Positions 26,713 through 37,633 of a stretch of 55,095 bases of DNA are shown piece by piece (the first letter of the stretch is position 1; each line of letters opens with the position of its first letter). Under the pieces are notes generated by a model, which ran no database searches, was not told the DNA's origin, and saw nothing but the letters and a program-made list of their open reading frames with translations. Position numbers and translations under genes: made by a program. Source of the stretch: Bigelowiella natans CCMP2755 (taxonomy: Eukaryota; Protista; Cercozoa); assembly GCA_000320545.1 (NCBI GenBank), contig ADNK01003517.1:1-55095 (forward strand). Reading direction: 5' to 3'.

Positions 26713-26877
26713 TGACGGGATTCATCCGGGGTGAACATTGGATGCAGATCCGAAAATCCTTCACTTGGCATCCAATTCTCCGGTGGCCTGCCCCACCGGT
26801 GAACAGGAATGTGGTGCAGGGATGAGGGGAAAAGCCACCCTCGCAACCGAAAAACCCACCACCCAGTGCCATTTCGG

Positions 26878-27184
26878 CGAATGCAACTTTGAATCTTGAA
26901 TGCAGATCCATGCATCCTTCGTTTGGCTGCCAAGTCACCGGTGGCTGGGGCGACAAGTCTGTCCACCCCACCAGTGACCAGGAATGTGGTTCAGGGGTGG
27001 GAGGTGACCAACATCAGCCCGCCCATTGCCGCATCACACCAATTTTTTTCCGAATGCAACTTTGAATCTTGAACACAGATCCACACGTCCTTCGTCTGGC
27101 TGCCTGGTCACCGGTGGCTGGGGCGACGTGTCTGTCCATCCCACCGGTGTCCAGGAATGTGGTTCAGGGGCAGGAGGTGACCAA
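26878..27184. repeat. 173-bp-period direct repeat (2 good copies plus a diverged upstream copy at ~26740-26830)
   Basis: cgaatgcaactttgaatcttgaa...ggaggtgaccaa at 26878-27011 and 27051-27184. Confidence 0.9.
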
Positions 27185-28016
27185 ACCCCCACCCACATTG
27201 TGAATGAGCAACAATGAAACAATGATGAAGAACTGCATTTCCAAAGTGTTGCAAGACACTTGCAGTGTGCAAAGTGCAGTGCCTCGAACTGGTTTCAGTG
27301 AGGACTGTGACCAGCAAATCAACTGGCTGGTTTGCCAAAATGGCATGACTTGGTCATTGAGAAGCAATGACACTAGCGGCAAAATTCTGACGGCGCAAGA
27401 CCTCCACTCTGAGCAAAAACTTCCTGAAGGCCATGTCCACACGACGATCTACGATTGGATCATCTGAGGGGGCCCCCAGCAGATGAGCATTTGATGCTTT
27501 TGTGCAGTCGCTCTACGATTCCGTTTTGTTTGCTAGTTCATTTTAGTATTTCCGTTTGTCGCACATGGAAAACGGCATGATACCTCGATTGTGGACGAAT
27601 GACTGGATGAGGGTCGGCAGCGGCTCATGGCATTAGCGAAATCAAAGAGGTGCAGGGCCGACCTTCGCTTTCGTGTTCCAATCTTCCTCAGACACATTTT
27701 GCCGTCATATGTTCCAGCCAAGGTGAAAACTATTGCGGGAGGGACTCTGCTATGCATTTTCTCAGGTCCATTCTTCGTGTGAACATACATACACGTGCTT
27801 TTGTTTCATGGCCCTTTGCTGCTGCTGTTTCGCGCGCATGCTCACTGTTCACTTCGAGTTACACAGTTGTGCATATATGAACATTTATACACATGTTTAT
27901 GTGCAAAATTTAATGCACTTATGGCTTTACACAGTCAATCAGATACACTGAACAATGCACGTAGATGCATGCACATGTATGTATGTAATTTTTTCTGTGT
28001 CACCGACAATTCAGCA

Positions 28017-29717
28017 ATGGCGATTGGAAAATTCATGCTGGAATCTGATCATCTTGATGAACAGAAACACGTCACAGGTCATCGGGTATATCCTGAAAGC
28101 AGCATTACGAACAATAGATCAAATCTGTTATCCGAACAGAGATTCACTACAACGGCTCAGAGCGTTCGAGTGGCTGCTATTGATGAAGAAGGGGTCAGGG
28201 TTTCACAACGTCCCACTGAGAAGAATAAGAGTATGCAACAAAACAATCATCACAGCAGAATGTATCGTGATTTCCTACGACATCCAGTTTACAAAAGATT
28301 CTTGAAGAGAGGTGCATCTTGTCCATGGGAAGACATTGCAAACTATATTTCAAAATCAAAGCTGCCTCTAGCAAAAGAGTTGGAGGCAAAAGGAAAGTAC
28401 ATATTGTTTCAATCTGATCGGCTGGGACCAGGGTGGGGAGTAACTCTTGCGCATCAAGCGGTATCTGTTCTCGTAGGAATGGCGACAAATCGACCAGCTT
28501 TTGCAGCCTATTGTCCTCCTTCGTCATCCAGAGGAGGAGAGGACCCGTTTAATGTGAATGGTAGCCTTCTTACATCCCCTTTATTGAGACCTAAGCTTCT
28601 CCTCGATGAACGTGATGTTGACAATGGCGATGGTTATGGCGACAGTTTCTTAAAAAATCTTGGCTATAATGTTTCACAGGATGTTGAATACTACCAAAAT
28701 TTTAGCAAGTGTTACATCTTAGAAGATTTTACTTTGGCTTGGCCATTAAACAAAGATTCATGGGGTGGTGCTCTGCGGAGTTTTCCATTATCAGATCAGA
28801 ATTCGAATAAATTATTAGAGCAGATAGAAGAAAGAGGAGGAAAATTAAAATTTCTATCTTCAAGGGTGGTGAATCTAAGCCTTGAAAGTATCATGGATGA
28901 TCCTGCTTACAATCGTCTTGATCATAGCTATAGCGGGAATCCGCAGATAGACGAGAAGCAGCTTCTACATCCTGATGATCCGATTTTTGTTAGCTCTGGC
29001 AGCTCTTACTGTGATGGCTTAATATTTATAGCAGATCTGATGCGCGCAGACCCTCATTACAGGGAGTATGCTCTGAGAATGGGGGCTCGAGACTCTGAGT
29101 TCTCTGCCCCTATGTGTGCCCTAAGAATGGTGGCCAGTTTGCCAACACATCCCGTAGCTAAACTTCTCTCGGATGGCCTTCTTTCCCAAATGGATGAAAA
29201 TATGTGGCTTTTGGCGCTACATTTTAGACGAGGAGACTGGGCTATGCTTCAGGAATGTGCAGACAACGGTACGAATAACTGCATTCGGCCTGAGAGCATT
29301 GGAGAAGATGAAAGGGATTACAGGATATCTATCAATGAGTTGGAGGATATGATTAAGATTGTTTCTATGAATGTGCTGCCAACGCTAGAGCTTCAGCGCC
29401 CTGTGAAAGTGTTCGTTGCAACTGACACTAGTTTGATGAGAGACATAGTTTCAAAATATATTCCAGAAGCGATTATGTTTTCTGGGTTTTCAAGCCACAC
29501 GAACGTAAATGATTTTGACTCTGATGTCCGTACGGCAGCTGATTTCTTCGCTATGGCCATGGCTGACTTCTGTATCCGGGCTATGAGCTCTTTTAGTGGA
29601 ATGGCCTTTGAGATGGGAGGATGTGAGGACATAGGACCTGACTCAATTTCAAAACGTGATGTGAGGGACGGGTTTTCTGGTAGTCAGATCGAAAATTCAT
29701 TCCGATTCCTACTCTAG
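28017..29717 (+). CDS. GT-B fucosyltransferase-like glycosyltransferase (FUT8/NodZ/GT11-type motifs); an upstream exon is likely
   Basis: Motifs LHFRRGD, VFVATD and ADFFAMAMADFCI..MSSFS; N-terminal GPGWG. Single 1.7-kb exon preceded by a tcag acceptor. Confidence 0.8.
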   Translation: MAIGKFMLESDHLDEQKHVTGHRVYPESSITNNRSNLLSEQRFTTTAQSVRVAAIDEEGVRVSQRPTEKNKSMQQNNHHSRMYRDFLRHPVYKRFLKRGASCPWEDIANYISKSKLPLAKELEAKGKYILFQSDRLGPGWGVTLAHQAVSVLVGMATNRPAFAAYCPPSSSRGGEDPFNVNGSLLTSPLLRPKLLLDERDVDNGDGYGDSFLKNLGYNVSQDVEYYQNFSKCYILEDFTLAWPLNKDSWGGALRSFPLSDQNSNKLLEQIEERGGKLKFLSSRVVNLSLESIMDDPAYNRLDHSYSGNPQIDEKQLLHPDDPIFVSSGSSYCDGLIFIADLMRADPHYREYALRMGARDSEFSAPMCALRMVASLPTHPVAKLLSDGLLSQMDENMWLLALHFRRGDWAMLQECADNGTNNCIRPESIGEDERDYRISINELEDMIKIVSMNVLPTLELQRPVKVFVATDTSLMRDIVSKYIPEAIMFSGFSSHTNVNDFDSDVRTAADFFAMAMADFCIRAMSSFSGMAFEMGGCEDIGPDSISKRDVRDGFSGSQIENSFRFLL

Positions 29718-32029
29718 ATAATAGAAAATAGTTCGTGTGTCCGTACAAATGTACAAATTCAACGTTATACTACGGAAACCACTATCAAGACTATCTGCCT
29801 TTATCCGCCTGGTTTGCTTTCAAGAATTAAGTTGTAATAATAGACACATGTGTAACATTGGTAATATAATATATGACATAGCACAGACTAGCAGAAGCTA
29901 ATGCATTATTTAGTCATGATACTGCGTCTCCACTACGGTGCACGTTGCACCTTGCATTGTGTTGCTGCGCTCGGACATTCGCAACATGCACATCTAATGT
30001 GCACAGCCAAGTAGTGCTATGCAATGTATTTAGTGGCTGCAGTTATTAAATACATAGCGTGAGTGTATTGTGACAATGCATGTTATAATGCGCAGCAGTC
30101 TATAGCGCAGTGTAAAGACGCATAGATGGCAAAGCGATAGCTCACTAGTTGTTACGCACTTCGATTTCCATGGCCTAGTCAAGTGCGAATACCTTATTGA
30201 TTATGGCATGTGCGCGATGTGCATGCATGCACTGTCGATCACGACGGCGCACAAGAAGCTGATTAGCACTGCATGAGCAATATGGAGCGGCATGTGCATG
30301 CAAACTAGCAAACACTACGTATTCTCGTACAATCAAATGCACAATGCTCCATCTTTGGAGGCCATCCAAGCCAAATTGTGTTAATGTGGTTTGTCATGAG
30401 TTGCAGTTGGACACACGCTAGCACCTGCTAGCCTGTATACCTGGGCGGGCAGGTCATGAGATCTACAGGTATATAGGTGAACGTGCGAGTCGCACTGCAT
30501 GCACTACATAGTGCAGTATTGGCATGACAAAGCAACCTGCATGCAGGCTAAATGGCTAACGAGACTTGGCCTAGCGCGCCTCTAGACCTGGAAGTTTCCA
30601 TCAATGCATGATGGCAACTTATTGTGCCCATGCAAATGATTTAGCATTTCCTAATCCGCGCCCCAGATTAACCGCTCGTGATTCAGAGCTTTGTGCTCTA
30701 GTCTAGTACGATGCTGTAGTGCTCTAGTCCTCGTTCAACGCAATCTAGGCAATCTAGCAATGTCTAGATGTCCTGGCTAAAGAGATGAACAAGTGCACGT
30801 GTGGTATGCACATTGCTAGATCGTCTAGATTGTGTGTTGCACATACGTCAACATGTGCGCGTCTCCATGCGCATGCATGTCTAGATGTGCCACGTGACAT
30901 GCATCTGTGCCAATGTGCACACATGTTCCTTGCAGCTAGTTAGTTTCATTTCCACACATGCACCAATGAAACAACATGCTTGTGCTTTGTGCATGCTTTG
31001 TGCAAGCAAAGCAATACAGATGTGTCCACCATGTGAGCGAAGGTGCAGATGATGTGGCACAGGCTGTAGACAGCAGGGGACATGCGCAAAGCTAGAAAGA
31101 GCACACTTGTCGTGAGCATGTACTTAGTGTTGCATGCGCTCACCACAGCTAGACAGCTCATGTCAATGCACACGCGATGAAGGCTCTAATATGTACTAAC
31201 ACGCATGTTGATCGTCTCCATATGTGCTCATGGCTAGCTAGATCGATGGCCGTCTAGCCGTGCAACATGCAAGTACGTAACTAGGTAAGCCAACATGCAG
31301 CACGCAAAAGATTTACTTTGTGTGGGCGCATGCGATGCTCTGATTCGAGATTCACGCGATGTCATCATCTCTAGATCTCGCAGTGAAAACAGTAAGTACT
31401 ACAGTAGCTAGAGGTTCACAGAGCACGTACAGGTGCTACATGCGTACATGCGTGCATGTGCATTCTGTGCTACTAGTGTAAGTGTAGCGTGCATTAGCAC
31501 ATGCTAGCATGCGTACAAGCATATGCGTAGCTAGCAGGTAGTGTGCCGTCGCGTGCACGTGTGTCCAGGATGATGGTACATGATCACAGACACGACAGCG
31601 TGGTACGTGGTCTCGAGCGTGTGCGCACACGATAATTTTCATTGATGTGCACAAGACAGCGTATACCAGCAGTGCTTACAGAATTCAACATAGATTGCAA
31701 TTTATCCGCGTGTGCAGCTCATCGGCATTGCTGTAACATCAAACCTCCTACTTCAATTAGCTTATCACTCAATTTTAATGAAAAATCGCTAACTAATACA
31801 GAAACCTTAACGAATACCAACCCAATAAAATGTAAACATACGCTGCCACGGAGTAAACTAAAAGAACGCACGACTCATCACCCCGAACGCAATGGCCATA
31901 CCGAACCCCCATACCTGATCATCAATTCGTATTACTAAGGAAATGGTGGGCTAAAACACACAGTGCGAATTTATAGATAACTACCAAACGTGTGCTAGAG
32001 GTAACCTTATTTTATTCGCAACAGATACT

Positions 32030-32225
32030 TCTATTCATGACATTGACAGAAATTTTTGGCGGGTGCTCTCACGAGGTTCTCTATCTTCCATCGTGCAAAT
32101 CAGTGAGTACATGCAGTTAGGTTAATACTTCAGACCATTGATTGCTTCAAACCATCCGCCATGCTCTGGTTGTGGCCCATATCCACATGCTTTCATCAAA
32201 TTAGATACAATACACATATTAATGG

Positions 32226-32288
<63 letters not shown>

Positions 32289-32856
32289 TTCTCTGTCTCT
32301 CTCGTTATCTCTCAATTTGACAATCATATGCTTCTTGGGATCGATATACTCCTCTGCATGGACAGGGAGTGTATGCTTCATGTTATATATAATTATCAAT
32401 ATAAATTCTGTTCACATGCTATATTGTATATAATTATCAATATAAATTCTGTTCACATGCTGCTATATTGGATGGATGCCCAACATGAAGTAGAAGTAGT
32501 ACCTGTCTACCATACGTGGGATCAGGCTTTGGCTCACCTGAAAAGAAATATTGAATAAGAGAGGATGGATGGAAGAAAGGAAGGAAGGAGAGCTCTAGTT
32601 TTTTATTGTAGGAGTTTCACTATGAGGAGCCCCACCCAAGTAAATTAAGATGTTTATCATCATATTACCTATTGCAGTCGTTTCATCTGTGATTTGGTTC
32701 CAGTAATATATCTAGCAGAAAATGAAATCTTCCGTTTGAAATATAATAAAAAGACTGAAGAGAACAACAGCAGCAACATACCAACACTTTACGTAATTTT
32801 GGTTTTATTGCTACCACTATGACATTACCACAGCAGAAGCTAATTTGTTGTGATAT

Positions 32857-32891
<35 letters not shown>

Positions 32892-34341
32892 ACTATTACT
32901 ACTACTGCTATTACCACCACCTGGTCTGTTTGAGGGTCCTTAACTTCTATCCATGGATCTTGTGAAATACTGTATGTCATAGGTTTTGCAGCTCCTACCT
33001 GAAGATGAGTGGTAGTGGTAGTAGTAGTAGTAGTGGTAGTAGTAGAAGTGGTAGTTGGAATGTGACAACTATCATAATGATGCTGATTGATAGATGGCTT
33101 GTTCTAGTTTTGGAAGGCTCTTTTATATCTAAATTTAGATTGCTTTGAGATTACTTTATAAACGCCCACACAGACGTCGGCATGCCCACAAACACACACA
33201 TACACAGCAGTTGAAGGAAAAAAATAAAGGAGGGAGGGGAAGGGGGGAGGGACAGGAAGGAGATATTACATTTTGTACTATTTATATGATGCACTTCCAG
33301 ACTTGATACAATAGTGAATATCCCTACACCTCATACAGAAAGAACAGCAATTTACCTCGGTGGTCTCATCGGTCTCTTCATTCCACCTAAGAGATGATGA
33401 AATAATGATAAGTTTACAGATCATTATAGGCTGTAGTATCAGAACTAAACGAAGTTTGCTAGCAGCCAGCAGGATAATTGTTCTGCGGCAACATGTGATG
33501 TGCAGCCACAGGAGCTATAGAGAGGATAAATTTTCTGCAGCAACATGTGATGTGCAGCCACAGGAGCTATAGAGAGGATAAATTGTTCTGCGGCAACATG
33601 TGATGTGCAGTCACAAGAGCTATAGAGAAAATGACGACGACATGTTACCAGAGCAGCTCACAACATCGTTCCATATGGAGGTCAATACTTGTAGGAACAA
33701 AACATATAAACTACATACTACTGTTACGACTACTACCACTACCACTATCACTACTACTGACTACTACGTACTACAATTACCAATATGTCAATCCAGAGTT
33801 TTCGTCCTTAACTTCTGTCCAAACTGAAACACGAAAGGCGACAAGGTTGGAACTAAGTCATCATTTTTATGACTAAATTATAAATTATAAGACAATGTTA
33901 CTACGTGATTCTACGGGCCGTCGACCTTCCTGGCGGCTACTGCGTTGTTGATTGTTACAAATTGAGAAATTATATGATTTATGGTTGTTATTGTGATTTA
34001 ACGAAACTCGATCTTCTTCAAATAAGCAAAACATAAATTTATTTATACAGTGGTAATTAGCACCCAACTATCGCATCTGATCTGCCTTTTGGAGGAGGAA
34101 ATTGATTGTGGTTGTCTCCTCCAGGAATACATAGCGTTCGATTGAAAATAATGCACGCTATAGTTCCTACAAATAATTTGTAGTTATCGTGTGAGTATAG
34201 ATACAATAAAGTAATTCACCATAGTATCATCATGACCAGGTTATTAAATTGAGTACACTACCTTGACAGGGTAAGTTGAGTGGCTTTGTGAAAGATGCTG
34301 CTTTCTGAAAATAGAAGAGGAAGAAGACGAAGAAGACGAAG

Positions 34342-34377
<36 letters not shown>

Positions 34378-34500
34378 CATTGAGTTGTTATCAAAGTAAT
34401 ATAAAACATATTCTTAGAGATAACGAATAAGAAGAAGCAGGTAGTAAACAAGTACCCCTCTCCGGGCGAAGGTGGTGACGATTTTCTTCGGAATCATCGT
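32030..34500 (-). CDS. Small WW-like domain protein, multi-exon (ends approximate)
   Basis: Three exons (~32968-32921, ~32711-32669, from ~32538) splice to ISQDPWIEVKDPQTDQ-IYYWNQITDETTAI-GEPKPDPTYG, a WW-type signature. Further exon-like segments extend to ~34500. Confidence 0.65.
33471..33628. repeat. 52-53-bp tandem repeat x3
   Basis: Unit ttctgc(g/a)gcaacatgtgatgtgcag(c/t)caca(g/a)gagctatagaga. Confidence 0.9.
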
Positions 34501-34713
34501 ACGATTAGAGATGGTGGTTTGGTACTGAAGGGGTATTTAAGGGGTACTCCGACAGAATGTTGTCGTCTGTGGCAAATATCCGTAATCCTTGATCTGCGAC
34601 AATCGTAACATGTCTGATGATATATAATTTTGGTCATTTAGTACTTGCGACACCATGTATCAAGGCTATCGATTAATTCCGACCTTTCGACAGTTCACCC
34701 GTCGTTTGCCCCC

Positions 34714-35793
34714 ATGGCTCTGTACTATACGACGACGGCGGCGGCAAGTATTCTCATGACTATAGCTCGATCATCATCATCATCATCATCATCGTTACCA
34801 TCTATATCATCGTCACTGCTACCGTCATCACTCCTCTCATCTCTTACGTTGGCATCACCATGCAATCGGACAACAAAGCTTGTGCGAGCAACGAGTTTCA
34901 ATCGGACGATGATAGGTGGGCGTGCGGCTGAATATCATCTTGCATCTTTTGCGAACAATTCGACGAAAACAGATAAAATTTTGAAAGGGGATCGCAAATG
35001 TGGAACGTTAATTGTGTTCCTAGATATAGACAAATGGAAGAACGCGAAGCGGCCGAGTCTAGATGATGTCGACGCTCTTTCGCATGGAAAACCGACGAAG
35101 TCGAAAGTCGGCAGCAGGGCTACGCCACATCACCTTTACCGACACGAACATACAGTTTTTCTCACAGCAAAGCGTAAAGAATATTGTGTCGTACAATGTA
35201 AAAGTAGAGTTAATGTTGCAAATATTTGGTATTTGTGGTGCCTCGCGAAAGGGATACCCTGTGTTCACGTTTACCATTCCTACCCTCCAAACAAACGGCA
35301 TTGTCAAGATGTTGTAACCGTTGACTTGTCAACAGTTTTATTATCAAAGGGGAAAGGAAAAGGACTGAAGAGGAGCAAGCAGCTTTCTGCTGTCTTGACG
35401 GATAGATATCACGTATTGTGTGAGCAACTGAGACAATCTGGTTACCTAAGTGAAATACCTCCATCCTCACATCAAATACGGGGGGTGGTGGAGAAAGGCA
35501 CTGTAAATATTTCTCAATTTGAAATACTTTGCTATGATAAAAAAACTGTAAATGAAAACTGGTCTCAGACAGAGAACAGTAATGATCACCTGCAAGATGA
35601 AACAAAAATCCTGAGGAATGAGTTTGTTCCATTACACAAATTCCATCTACCACTCCATTTTGATGATGATGGTGATAAAGACACCAAGATTGGTTACAGA
35701 GGCACCCAAACGGAAAGTATCAATGGCATTTACGATTTCTCAATTCGCTCTTTAGCACGTGAGGTGGTGGCTCTTTGGAAGTCCCTTGCGTAG
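34714..35793 (+). CDS. Hypothetical intronless protein (~359 aa) with a Ser/Thr-rich N-terminal extension
   Basis: Long ORF with normal amino-acid usage including Tyr; first ATG at 34714; divergent from the WW gene. Confidence 0.6.
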   Translation: MALYYTTTAAASILMTIARSSSSSSSSLPSISSSLLPSSLLSSLTLASPCNRTTKLVRATSFNRTMIGGRAAEYHLASFANNSTKTDKILKGDRKCGTLIVFLDIDKWKNAKRPSLDDVDALSHGKPTKSKVGSRATPHHLYRHEHTVFLTAKRKEYCVVQCKSRVNVANIWYLWCLAKGIPCVHVYHSYPPNKRHCQDVVTVDLSTVLLSKGKGKGLKRSKQLSAVLTDRYHVLCEQLRQSGYLSEIPPSSHQIRGVVEKGTVNISQFEILCYDKKTVNENWSQTENSNDHLQDETKILRNEFVPLHKFHLPLHFDDDGDKDTKIGYRGTQTESINGIYDFSIRSLAREVVALWKSLA

Positions 35794-37116
35794 GCAATTG
35801 AGCCAACATGAAAGCCATTCCATGGAGATCATTTGACACATTGAATGGCATCACATGATTCATTGAAGCACACAAAATTGTCATTTGTGACTTTCCATGC
35901 ACACAATGCAGGCCCCAAAGTGGGTGACATCATTTATCACTCTGCCATGATCTCTAGACCTGTCTGTCCTGACCAGCAATTGCAAAAAAACATGTCGCGT
36001 CGTGATGTTCGATGTGGCACTACTCAATGGCATCATGAAGTCAGTTGCGCCGCAATTTGATGGTGCGTTGGTGTGATGGGCGACCACCTCTCTAGATCTC
36101 GGTCAACCACGTCACGGGGGCCTGCAAAATGAGCTAGCTCAGTCAATTTTTGGAGTTTGACATTCAAACATGGCGCAATCAAAAGCTCTGAATGATAGAC
36201 ATGCAACATGACATGCACATGTGCCATGTTGCTGTGTCAATCATCTGATCACGCCGCCAAGAAAGTCGTCAGTTGAATTTTGGGAAACTTTTTCGGCTGA
36301 AAACACACGCTGGCATGATTGGTTTCAGAGTGCGAGGCGAAGCTGCTTGGAAGGCTCCCTGCATGTGAGAAACGTGCGAAAAGTGCAGACGAATGATCGA
36401 TGGGTTTGGTGGGATTCTCATCAACGTTCAACCTCACGTCGCTTTCCCTGCGCATTTCGATTTTTTCAGAAGTGCACAAAGCTAGAAAGCCAGAAATTTC
36501 AAAGCACGTTTTTGAGAACAACACACACTTCTGAAAAACTCGAACACGAACTTTGCACGATGTGATCAATTGAGTGGGTGTTTGACGAACTTGAGCGCAC
36601 GCGCAGCAAAGTCACGACGAACACGCAACGGATCGAATCTGTGCAGCGGCGAAACAGCGAAGCTCAAATCGCACCGTGGAAAGTGAAAACTGGACCAAAA
36701 TTCGTCAAAAATTGTCGTGTGGTGCGCTCTGCGCTCCGATGAACTTGGAAACCACACTTTTGACCTCGTTTTTCAGTCATGCATGTCAATGGAGTTTGGA
36801 CCTCAGAACTTCAACAGTTGACTCGAACGATGCGTGCAGTGCGCGGGCGCCAGCTAGCCAGCCACAGCGATGCAATGTGGGGGGAGCTGCACCCCAATTT
36901 GGCAATGTCCAAACGTGACGCGCGTGAAAACACGAACCCAACCATCAAATTTGCGCGAACTCATTGCGTTGTCACGACGCGGTTTGACGAAGGTGTTGTG
37001 ATGATCCACCCACGTGCGTGCAACAACTGCCACCAGGGCCAGAGGGGACAGACTGGACTGAACGCTGGCAATGGCCAACAAGTGGTGTGACGAGAACAAT
37101 GAGAACAGTGGCCAGT

Positions 37117-37460
37117 GATGAAAAGCCCACACTTCCAAAGTGTGAGAAGATGCTTGCAGTGTGCGAAGTGCAGTGCCTCGCACTGGCAATGAACAATGAA
37201 CAATGAACAATGATGAAAAACCACATCTCCAAAGTGTGACGGGACACTTGCAATGTGCGAAGTGCAGTGCCTCGAACTGGCTTCACTGGTTCAGTGAGGA
37301 CTTGAGGACCAACCAGCAAGCTAGCGGAGTTCATGCAAATTGGCACGAACTGAACATTGCAATGCATCACAACTGACAGCCAAGTGACGACGACGCAAAG
37401 CATCCATCCTGAACAGGAACTTTCTGACAGCCACGTCCACACGGAGATCAACGTCAGGGA
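37117..37460 (+). repeat. Two more copies of the (AACAATG)n-headed repeat, with extended homology to 27305-27455
   Basis: Same core as 25991-26246. Downstream, catcctgaacaggaactttctgacagccacgtccacacg resembles cactctgagcaaaaacttcctgaaggccatgtccacacg. Confidence 0.85.
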
Positions 37461-37633
37461 CAGCCGAGGGGGCGCCGAGCAAGACTCTGGTTTCAACAGA
37501 ATCAGGGGCATCATGAAATGAAGAGCAAGCAGGAGGTGCAGGGCCGAGAGCTGCTCTGATGCCGGAGAACAATTGAGTTCTCACAGCATTCAAGTGAGTG
37601 CAATGATGGATGAGGTGGTTGACACTCATTTCT

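Larger units (their letters stand above)
25000..27450. other. TpA-depleted intergenic block
   Basis: By hand count only three TpA lie between 25549 and 27449, all in CTAG. Confidence 0.9.

Noticed and set aside
25991-27304. CRISPR-like array
   Set aside because: Repeats are ~100 bp, irregularly spaced, eukaryotic, and there are no cas genes.
25000-27450. CpG-methylation decay or fungal RIP as the cause of the TG/CA excess
   Set aside because: CpG remains frequent and TpA is the missing dinucleotide; RIP would raise TpA.
27795-28016. N-terminal extension of the 640-aa ORF
   Set aside because: It has a non-ATG start and intron-like composition, with a tcag acceptor just before 28015.
31760-31925. 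Possible degenerate CCCTAA/subtelomere-like relic
   Set aside because: Similarity to the reverse complement of ~54730-54750 is short and too weak to support.
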